DNA of 64,000 bases. Source: Octopus vulgaris (Eukaryota). Shown here one piece after another: positions 53,719-64,000 of this stretch; the first letter of the stretch is position 1, and each line of letters begins with the position of its first letter. A program made the translations under genes and the position numbers. The stretch lies in contig OX597815.1 in NCBI GenBank assembly GCA_951406725.2, forward strand, positions 53,320,001-53,384,000. The letters are read 5' to 3'. The notes under the pieces are model-generated. The model saw only the letters and a program-made list of their open reading frames with translations. It was not told where the DNA came from and searched no databases.

Positions 53719-56306
53719 TGGCCTGGGGCGCAGATGCTCTCAGGGATGACACACCATCAGCAGGCACAGGCAGAGTCCCTGCTCCATCTCACAAATGCCT
53801 TTTTCATAGAGCAAATAGTTCTGCAACCAACAAGGACAGATAATATACTGGATCTCTGCTTCACAAACAATATGGATATTATCCATAATGTTAATGTGAT
53901 GCCGACAATGATCTCGGATAACAACATAATAGAGCTGTCTATGTATGGACCAAAAGCCCCCGTAGACACACAGCCTATACGAAGCGTCCACCATCTCTCC
54001 AACTTAAACTTTCATAAAGCAAACTGGAAGTTGATTGAGAAAGAGATCCTCAAACAGGATTGACCTAAATGTCTCTCCACACCGGACATTAACATGAAAC
54101 ACAAACACTTCATGTCCATAATACAAGCCATATGTGACAAATATGTCCCAGTGTGCAGGGCCAGCACACACAAAAACAAAAAAAGGATCCCTAGAGAAAG
54201 GAAGATTCTTATGAGACGACGGACAAGGATTGCGAACCGCCTGAGCAAGCACACCAAAAGTGGTGAGAAGTCTCGGCTCGAGAGAATGCGAATGGAAATT
54301 GAGAAAAGTCTGCACCAGTCCCATGAAAAGGAGAGAGCAGATAAAGAAGCTTGGGTAATAGAAAATATAAAATCAAACCCTAAAGCTTTCTTTAAGTTTG
54401 CCAAATAGACAGCCACAGTGCACCAGAGAATAGGACCTCTCTTCCAAAAAGATGGCTCTCTCACAGGAAATCCCACGAGGATAAGTGAAATACTGAACGA
54501 ACAATTCCAAAGTGTGTTCACTACACCTCTTGGACACAGGCAAGTAAACAACCCAGAAGAATTCTTTGCCACTTTACCTGCGGCCAAAGAGGCAAAAATT
54601 GAGTACATCAACATTGAAGATGATGATATCACACTAGCCATAGATGAGATTGACACAAACTCAGCTGCTGGATCTGACGGATTTCCAGCGAGCCTTCTCA
54701 AATCGTGCAAACGAGCCCTTGCAAAACCGCTACAGCTTCTTTTTCAGAGCTTTCTTGCAAGTGGTAAGCTCCCAGTCAAATTGAAAGAGGGGGTAATATG
54801 CCCTATCCATAAGGGAGGTTGCAGAGCAGATGCTAAAAATTATAGGCCTATCTCTCTGACCTCACACATCAGCAAAGTCATGGAACCAATAGTCCGTAAG
54901 AAACTAATCGTGTTCCTTAAAGTAAATGACTTGCTGTCCGACACCCAGCATGGATTTCGACCAGGTAGAAGCTGCCTAACACAGCTCCTGCAACACTATG
55001 ACTGGGGGTTGAAACAGCTACTAAATGGCTCAAATGTGGATGTAATATATCTCGACTTTGCAAAAGCCTTTGATAAAGTCGACCATAGTATGATCTGTCA
55101 CAAACTGCGTGGTCTCGGCATAGGCGGAAAACTTGGAGAGTGGCTGCACAACTTCCTAAAAGACAGAAGACAGGCAGTTGTGAGCAATGGAGCCACCTCC
55201 TAGGAAACACAAATAACAAGCGGTGTCCCACAGGGCACTGTCTTGGGGCCACTGATGTTCATAGTGGCCCTTTCAGACATGCCTTCAGTTGCTACGATGG
55301 TCACCCTTGCTAGCTATGCAGATGACACAAAAGTCTCCCAAACAATACAAAACCCTGAAAATATTGCGCATCTGCAACAGGATTTGGACACAATATACAG
55401 GTGGGCTGAGGACAACAACATGCAGTTTAATGCAGGTAAGTTCCAGGCCCTGCGCTACCGGCACACAAAGGTAAACGACGTGCAGACTGGATACACTGGC
55501 CCAGGAAGAATTGCAATCCCTGAGTCAAAATCAGTGCGTGACTTGGTCATTGACATGAGCAATGATGCATCTTTCCAAGTTCATATTACTAATCTGGTGA
55601 TAAGATGCAGACAGCTAGCTGGATGGATTCTCCGAACTTTCAGAACAAGAGAGAAGGAGACACTGATGGTCCTATGGAAAACATTCGTCCTCAGCCGCTT
55701 GGACTACTGCTCCCAACTATGGTCACCACACAATATAAAACTAACAGCAGCACTCGAAGCAATTCAGAGAAGCTACATAAAGAAAATCGTCTCAATGCAA
55801 AATATCAGCTACTGGGAAAGACTGAAAGTATTAAACCTCTTCTCCCTAGAGCGGAGGCGGGAGAGATATGCGGTGATATACATCTGGAAAATCCTGGAGG
55901 GTCTTGTCCCAAACTTTGCCATTCAAAGTTACCCCAACCGCAGAACGGGGCCCACTGCATAGTGCCAAAGATTCCAACATCACCATCAAAATACAGGTCC
56001 AGATACTGCAACAGCTTGGGATTCAGAGGACCACAGCTCTTTAACATCCTCCCTAAATGCCTGAGAGACTTACATGGTGTGGATGTGGGTTTCTTTAAAA
56101 CTAAACTGGATCTCTTCTTGTGGGGAGTCCCAGATGAACCTACCTCACGACAGGAGACGCAGATGCGGGCAGCAGCATCGAACTCCCTTGTTGATCAAGT
56201 GCCACGTATCGGAGGTGGATTCACATATTAGTGTAGCTCATTCAGCGGTGGTGCCCCAGCATGGCCGCGGCCTTCGGGCTAAAACATTTTTAAGGTTTTA
56301 AGGATT
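53719..56306 (+). mobile_element. CR1-type LINE, 5'-truncated ORF2 (APE tail + RT) with stops and a frameshift
   Basis: EQIVLQPTRTDNILDLCFTN (APE end), NYRPISLTS, QHGFRPGRSCLTQL, YLDFAKAFDKVDH, SGVPQGTVLGP, YADDTK, SRLDYCSQLWSP, LFSLERRRER. Stops at 54061, 54406 and 55201; frameshift ~55945; short 3'UTR ending in ttttaagg repeats; flanked by TA-rich tracts. Confidence 0.95.
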
Positions 56307-56486
56307 TATATATATATATATATATATATACGCTGTATAACAAGCAAATTATCTAGTCAAGAAAATCTCTATAAGAGATGGTAAGGGTTCTATACCTTGC
56401 TTATAATATATATCGGGTACAGATTATATCGAATAACCAGCTGAAGGACACGTCCTCTTAGGATTAGCCATATCTAAATGGTGATA

Positions 56487-56848
56487 AACATGGCTGTGTG
56501 GTAAGAAGCTTGCCTCCCAACCGTTATGGTTCCGGGTTCAGCCCCACTGCGTGGCACCTTAGGTAAGTGTTTTCTACTATAGCCTCGGGCCGACCAAAGC
56601 CTTGTGAGTGGATTTGGTAGATGGAAACTGAAAGAAACTTGTCGTATATATATGTATGTGTGTGTGTGTGCGTCGTCGTCCCCCACCATCACTTGACAAC
56701 CGATGCTAGTGTGATTATGTCCCCATAACTTAGCGATTCGGCAAAAGGGACCGATAGAATAAGTCCTGGGCTTACAAGGAATAATTCCTTTAAGGCTGTG
56801 CTCCAGTATGGCCGCAGTCAAATGACTGAAAAGAATAAAGTAAATAAC
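56487..56848 (+). mobile_element. tRNA-derived SINE family B, near full length
   Basis: tggctgtgtggtaag (A box), gggttcagccc (B box), CORE-like ggcaccttaggtaagtgt, internal (TA/TG)n, 3' stem-loop cagtc-aaat-gactg. Confidence 0.85.
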
Positions 56849-57224
56849 GATAGCTACATTCAACCACGTGTGAGAAGCGGCCACTTCAGTTAGATCAATA
56901 AACGTTAAGGTCATGCTTATGGTAAGTTAGAATCTGAATTGCAAAGGAAGAAAAGAAACAAGTAAATTTTGTAAAATAAGATAAGTTCCTGTACTAAAGG
57001 TCCAAATCGGTTATTTGTATCAAGCAAACCCACTTTGTTTTTTGTTTTTTTTTTTCATTTTCTTCTAATCATTATTCGGACAGTAATTTCCTTTAGAGTG
57101 ATTGTAATAGCCAAGTGGATCTGGTTTCATTTTCTCGAGTGAAGTCTATGTTTTTTTTTTTATTCAACTGCTGTCTGCCTGTATTGTATTGTTTTTATGA
57201 ATTGAAGAGACGCTCAATATATTG

Positions 57225-57431
57225 ATTTCAAATTTTGGCACAAGGTCAGCAAGTTCAGGGGAGGGAATAAGTCGATTACATCGACTCCACTGTTCAACTG
57301 GTACTTATTTTATCGACCAAAAAAGGCGAAGTCGACGTTCGCGGAATTTGAACTCAGAACGCAAAGACATATGAAATGCTGTTAAGCATTTTGCCCGGAG
57401 TATTAACGATCCTGCCAGTTCGCCGCTTTAA
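57225..57431 (-). mobile_element. SINE family A copy
   Basis: Family A reverse complement; caatatatt repeated on both sides. Confidence 0.88.
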
Positions 57432-57930
57432 GACAATATATTACTGACTAACTTGAACTATTTGAGAAAAAAAACGAAGAGAAGTAAGTCTGAGCCGTGC
57501 ATTGGCAAAATAAATGAAATTTAGCAAAAGTTTCCATAGACGTGTCGAGATCAAATATTGTTGATGAAAAAGAATGCAGCGTGTTAATGTTTCAGGTTTT
57601 AAATTGAAATAAAACGAGACGCATTTACTATTGATTGGACTTAGTTTAGCTAAGACCTTGACAAGAGATACTTTTGTACGACGACAACATCTAAGAAAGT
57701 GTCCTGTAAGTCAGCGAGGTATGATGGAACTCCCCATACCTGTCATTGCCTTATGTGATTATGTGATTAAGCGATGTCTACCAACCAGGAATAAGTACGC
57801 ATTTTTTCACAGTTATTTTTCACCATTGCACGATTCGAGCTCACAAAAGGAAGTTTTCGAAAGTGTTCATCGCAATAGTAAAACCCCTCACTGCACAGAA
57901 CTATGTGCAGTCTATTCTAGTGGCTACCTA

Positions 57931-58255
57931 TGTGAATGCGAAATGACCTAGTGGTTAGGGCAGAGGACTCGCGGTCGTAGGATCACGGTTTCGATTCCCA
58001 GACCGAGCGTTGTGAGTGTTAACTGGGCAAAAACACCTAAAATTCTACGAGTCTCCAGCAGGAGGTGGCGAACCCTGCTGTACTCTTTCACCGCAACTTC
58101 CTCTCACTCTTTCTACATGTTTCTGTTGTACCTTTATTTCAAAGGGCCAGCCTTGTTACACTTTGTGTCACGCTGAATCTCCCCGAGAACTACGTTAAGT
58201 GTACACGTATCTGTGGAGTGTTCAGCACGTTAATTTCATGAGCAAGCTGTTCCGT
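57931..58255 (+). mobile_element. SINE family D copy, 3' truncated
   Basis: aatgacctagtggttagggcagaggactcgcggtcgtaggatcacggtttcgattccc..; colinear with the reverse complement of 45372-45760. Confidence 0.85.
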
Positions 58256-58320
58256 GCTATCTATAGTACAATCGGCACGTCGAAATTCTAACGACCTGCT
58301 GAAAAATTACACTATGTATG

Positions 58321-58539
58321 CAGTAATCCCTCGACTATCGCGGGTGTTACGTTTCAAAACTCCACGCGATAGGTGAAAATCTGCGAAGTAGAAACGGTAC
58401 TGCATATATTTTTTTTATTACTTTTATGATTTGTATATATTTATTTTATTATAAATGCAAAACAACACCACGGAGGGATCGACGTAGGCATAAATAATAA
58501 ACCGCGATAGGTGAATCGCGATATGGCGAGGGATTACTA
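58321..58539. mobile_element. Tigger/pogo-type MITE (~220 bp)
   Basis: TIRs cagtaatccctcgactatcgcg / cgcgatatggcgagggattacta; TA on the right and TG (mutated TA) on the left. Confidence 0.85.
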
Positions 58540-58683
58540 TATACGTTACTCACCTGTAATCACTTCGTTGTTCTTTATAATAGAACACTCATTCTCTTCA
58601 AAGAGAACAAAGGCCAAAGCCGAACCATTAGGTCTCGCCTGTCCCTTACTTCTTACAAACTAAAGTTGTTTTAGAAAGTCAAT

Positions 58684-59187
58684 CTTTTATTTGTTTCAGT
58701 CATTGTACTTCGGCCATGCTAGGGAACGGCCTTGAAGGGTGTCGTCCAACAAATCTTAGTCCAGCACTTAGATTCATAAAGACTGGTACTTATTCCACCG
58801 GTCTCTTACGCCGCAACGCTAAGTTACGGGGACGTATATAAACCAACGTGGAGGCGCCTGGCTTAGTGGTTAGGGTGTCAGCATCATGATCGTAAGACTG
58901 TGGTTTCGAATCCTGAACCGGGCGACGCGTTGTGTTCTTGAGCAAAACACTTCATTACACGTTGCTCCAGTCCACTCAGGTGGCAAAAATGAGTAACGCT
59001 GTGATGGACTGGCGTCCCGTCCAGCTGGGGAACACATACGCCACTGAAACCGGGAAACCGGGCCCATGAGCCTGACTAGGCTTTAAAAGGGCGCATTTAT
59101 TTGTTATTTATACAAACCAACATTAGTTGTCAAGCGGTGATATGGGCAAACAAGAATACATGATCTCTGTCTCTGTCTGTCTGTCTA

Positions 59188-59286
<99 letters not shown>

Positions 59287-59558
59287 TACATACATACATA
59301 CATACATACATACATACATACATACATACATACATACATACATACATACATACATACATACATACATACATACATACATACATACATACATACATAACTC
59401 GGCGGGCTTCTTTCAATTTCCGTCCAGCAAATCCACTCACGTCTTTGGTCGGCCTGACAATATAGTAGTAGACACTGGACAATGGTGACGCAATGAGACT
59501 GAACCCGGAACCATGTGGTTTGGAAGTAAATTTCTTACCACGCAGCCACGTTTGTGCC
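58684..59558 (-). mobile_element. SINE family B copy with expanded internal (CA)n(TACA)n, interrupted by another SINE
   Basis: 3' part 58684-58847 and 5' part 59109-59558 are colinear with family B. Confidence 0.85.
58848..59108 (+). mobile_element. V-SINE-like element nested in a family B SINE, 13-bp TSD
   Basis: tggcttagtggttagg / ggtttcgaatcc boxes; ctgtgatggactggcgtcccgtccag (V-domain-like, from memory); TSD tatataaaccaac 58835-58847 / tatacaaaccaac 59109-59121. Confidence 0.85.
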
Positions 59559-60849
59559 TATAAACTAAACTTCATAAATTTTGTAAACTATTTTTGAAAA
59601 CTATATTTAGTTTTGTACTTTACTACATGAGTTTTTTTTTTTTACTCTCAATGGTTAAGAAAACCGATAGTCATATATTTGAAACGTACAAAAGTCGAAC
59701 TATAAGATGATATAATAAAAATAAAACAACGAACAATCAGATCTGCAGCTACTTACACAATTATCACCCAGATACATTCATTAATACTTTTTTATATCTC
59801 TGCGTCCAGGTTTCATCGCGGTATTGCTGCTAGCCTTGGCATTTCTATTGATTAGCAAATAAACTATAGATTAACTATGCATTTGTTTTACACGGGAAAT
59901 ACTTCTGAATAGCCATCTATATGTATATTTAATTGTTCATCATTATATTAGAGTTTGATGATCTTTCTGTCGGTTCTTTTTATTAGATGTTTCACTTGCA
60001 TAGCGACTGCTTTTAGTTTGAAATTTTCTTTTCTTTTCTTTCTTTTCACCGGAAGTTTCTTTTCATTACCCTCTTTCTCTCTCTCATATTCTCCTTCTTT
60101 GTATTGTCATTCTTTATAGACGTTTTCACATTTTCCATTATTTATCCCTTTTGGTTATTATTTGTTTCTCTCTACATATTTAGGCAAGTGTGTGTATCTA
60201 TGTATACATGCCCGTATGCATGTACGTAGATATGTATGTAATTATATACATATATATGTGTGTGTGTGTATATGCAAATATGTATATCCATATCTATATA
60301 TACATACATACAAACATACATACATACATACATACATACATACATACATACATACATACATACATACATACATACATACATACTTGCATACACATAGACA
60401 GATAGACAAGCAGACAGTTATATATAACAAGCTCAGGGGAAATGTCGTAAAGGAAATTGGTTATTCAGTATGTATGAGCACCTGTGTGATTTCATGTGTA
60501 CGTGTTAAAGCGCGTGTACGTGTGTGCATCTCTGATTCTATATGTGTCTGTGATTCTGTGATTCTATGTGTCTGTGATTTTGTGTGATAAATATACAGAC
60601 GTCATCGCCAGCATTTAGGCATTGGAAGTTGTTGTTTTAGCTGCGATAGTGCTAAAATGAGTGTCGACCCTCAACTTCATGGCTGATTGGAACGTCGTCG
60701 GTTGGTTGTTGCCTGATATTTCGTGTCCATCTTCACCTGCCTGTTCGCTTTAGAACGCCGCAGAGAGCGCCATCTTTAATTGGATGTCCATCAAATATTC
60801 ACGACTGCAGTGTCAGCTGACATTTCACTGACGACTGACTGAGACTAAT

Positions 60850-61300
60850 ATTGATGCCGTTGTTCTTGATGTTGATTTTGATGTGGTTGGTTGTGGTGGT
60901 GGTGGTGGCATTGATGGCAGCAACGGCAGCGGCGGCAGTGGCGGCGGCGTTGATGGTGGGGATGGGGGTACTTGTGGTAGGTGTGTTGGTGATAGTAAGG
61001 GCGTTGGAGGTAGTGTCGGAGGCAGTAGGTAAGGTGGTACGGGTTGAAATGGTAGTAGTGTTTGTGGAGGTGTTGGGGATGGTGGGCGTGATAGTAATAC
61101 AGATGCTTATGCGGTGTCGGAGACGGTGGAGGAAACATGGTGATGTTTGAGATGGTAGCGGAGAATAAAGAAGAATAGCGACAGTTGTGGGGATAGAATT
61201 GATGGTAGTGTCGCTCATCGTGGAGTCGATGACGACGGGGGTGATGTTAGTGATGTTGTTGACATATTAGAGAATCGGATGTGTGCTGGTGTGGTGTGTC
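60850..61300. repeat. Degenerate (GGT/GAT/GGC)n low-complexity tract
   Basis: Trinucleotide-periodic G/T-rich sequence. Confidence 0.85.
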
Positions 61301-61458
61301 CTGGCATAGTGTGATGTTACATAGCCTATAGTTTTGTTGGTCAGAGGTCTGACGTTTGCATTTACGTATTCATGTCATATATTCGTACCTATGTACACTT
61401 ATCTATACAAATACTTCCACACATACATATGTATATGTATGTGTATATGTATGTGTGC

Positions 61459-61525
<67 letters not shown>

Positions 61526-61933
61526 TACAAACAAGCAAACAGAAAGGCTCACACAATCAATGACATGCGTGCATTGACTTATATATGCATGTACATACAT
61601 ATGTGAAAAAGAAATATAATAAATAGTTCTTCCGACGGTTTCCATGATGGACATTCCGGTTGCATGATCATCTGAACTTCTGCCAACTCAATGAGTTGTT
61701 ACATTTGAGGATTGCGACTTCGATGTAATCCTGAAACAGAATCATTGTGTCGCAGTGTGCGGCACGATTGACCTTTTGTATTACCCGTGGAATCTTTGGA
61801 ATTGGGCTTTCCTATAGTTTCTATCTACACAATTTAACCCTCAACACATGAATCAACCCGAGGCAAAGACGAAATATCTCCTTACCATAACGCTACGAGT
61901 TACGATTGAATTCGGGCAGCCATGATTGGAAAA

Positions 61934-62027
<94 letters not shown>

Positions 62028-62066
62028 AACTATGGGTGTATATATGTTTATGTGTACATACATATG

Positions 62067-62134
<68 letters not shown>

Positions 62135-62475
62135 CACACTCATATATATACATTCATACGCACATACGCACTCGGGCACGCACACGCAAACACACACACA
62201 TTAGCACACACATACATACATGCATGCAGATACTGAAAGTAAATCATTCCAGAATTTTACTTTATATATAAAGGTGCATATAAACACGAGTGAACACGTA
62301 AACATTGATATGTGTGGAAAAAGATAATGATCTTAATGAAGAAAGCTTATAGATATTATAGAAGTAGGTAATAGAGACTGAAAAAAAAGTACAAAGATAT
62401 GTAAATATCAAAGGAAATGAAAGGAGAAACGTGAACAAAACAAGGAGCATGTGAGGGAAAGATAGTCAGAAAAGA

Positions 62476-63101
62476 CGAGGTGGTGTCAAAAAGTTGTTTG
62501 ATTGGCTCTGTAGCTCGGCAACAGTTGGTATCACATGGTTGTGTGCGTTGTGAGAGCTGGTAGTGACCTTCATGAGGCAGTGTGCTGAGTGACATTGTTG
62601 TGTTTACTTCACAAAATCCCCCAAACTCAAGAGTTTTGGAGATCACATATACATACAGTAGTATGCGATATTGTCATGGACAGGAAGTTGGAACAAAAAA
62701 AAACAACGTGAAATTTTTGCGTTAATCTTGGGGAGTCTGCTATAAAGACATTGAGCATGCTTCGACACGCTTACGGCGAAGAGACAGTGGATCGAATGCG
62801 ATGTTTCGAGTGGCGTGGGCGCCTCAAAAACGGAAGAACATCCTTGAAAGACGCTGAACCATCTGGAAGTCCTGTTACGAACTTTACGCCCAGAAATGTG
62901 GAGAAAATTTATCAGCCTGTACATGAGGATGGTCGGAGGACAATCAACAACGCTTTGAAGCGACTGAATCTGTGGAGCACGAAGAATTAGATTTATCACA
63001 ACGACAATGCACCCTGACACTGAGCTCGCCTCACTCGTGAGTTTCTCACCATAAACAACATGGTATTGCTTCCGTACCTGTCCTGTTCGCTAAATTTAGC
63101 A
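62476..63101 (+). mobile_element. Internally deleted, degenerate mariner
   Basis: Possible left TIR cgaggtggtgtcaaaaagtt; LSMLRHAYGEETVDRMRCFEW..LKNGRTSLKDAEPSGSP; then HNDNAP*H..REFL..LPYLSCSLNLA; truncated by a SINE. Confidence 0.85.
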
Positions 63102-63525
63102 CACCGGGCAAAATGCTTAGCTACATTTCATTCGTTACGTTCTGAGTTAAAATTCCGTCGAGGCTAACTTTGCCTGTCATCGTTTTGAGGTCGATAGAAT
63201 AGGTACCAGTTGAATAGTTGGGTCAATGTAATCGACCTAGCCCTGTACCAAAATTGTTGGTCGTGTGCCAAAATTTTTAATCAATGCTAACATCATCATT
63301 AAAGCGGATAGCTGGCAGAATCGTTAGCACTCCAGGCAAAATGCTTAGCAGCATTTCGCTCGTCTTTACGTCCTGAATTCACATTCAGCCGAGGTCGAGT
63401 TTGCCTTTCATTCTTTCGAAGTTGATAAAATAATTACCAGTTGAACTCTGGGATATATGTAATCGACTTATCCACTCCCCCGAAATTACTGGCCTTGTAC
63501 CAAAATTGGAAAATTAGTATTATCA
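63095..63525 (+). mobile_element. Two head-to-tail SINE family A copies
   Basis: Units ~63095-63300 and 63301-63525 with the family A core. Confidence 0.85.
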
Positions 63526-64000
63526 TGCATGTCAGGAAGTCTTAATTTTCTCTTTTTTTCTTCGTAGAACAAATACATGTTTCTTCATTAATGAATTTAA
63601 AATTATGCTATCTGCTCTCTAGGAATTCATCCATTGCTTTCAAACAATCTTAAAGTCGAAAGTAATGGTGAAAAGCACATATAATACCGCTTATGATTTA
63701 ACAGTATTTTATGTCATAGACTCCCTTCAATGGAAATTTCATCTCACGTAATTTGGCCTGCATAAAGATGATCTGTTAATTTTCCGCTAAATGAATAATC
63801 ATAAGCTTGAGAGACCTTAGAAAGATGTTATTAATTGCCTTTAGGGATTTTAACTTTAAAATATCTGTTAGTACCAACATCGGCGCAGATCAACGCAAAT
63901 ATGTCGAAGATCAGAAACAACATGTAACAGCATGTTATAAATGGATCCCGGAAAGATTTCATGTTAATAACTTTATTTAGGACATAATAAATCCAACATC

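Overview
AT-rich, microsatellite-saturated eukaryotic DNA with no confidently identifiable host gene. The repeat landscape (tRNA-derived SINEs, very long (TA)n/(CA)n/(TACA)n tracts, mariner, CR1, Dong/R4, CRE and Penelope elements) looks like an octopod cephalopod intron or intergenic region; that assignment is an inference. Almost all ORFs in the track are microsatellite translation artefacts. Real coding remnants are four mariner transposases (one nested in another), a Tigger/pogo relic, a young GC-rich 5'-truncated Penelope-like element (RT + GIY-YIG, 34702-39532, minus), a CR1-type LINE (53719-56306) and C-terminal fragments of CRE and Dong/R4 elements. There is also a non-autonomous Helitron and several MITEs. 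The most interesting hidden layer is about 15 minimal type-I hammerhead ribozyme (HHR) motifs between 26.7 and 53.6 kb. They belong to several unrelated sequence families, mostly abut (TA)n tracts and often sit in near-perfect long inverted duplications. They include core variants (G3-C8 swap, U4C, CUGAUGCG, stem-II-less, large branched stem II). A SINE family also shares a covarying 3' stem-loop with the adjacent CR1 LINE. All motif calls were made by eye; no search or folding program was run.
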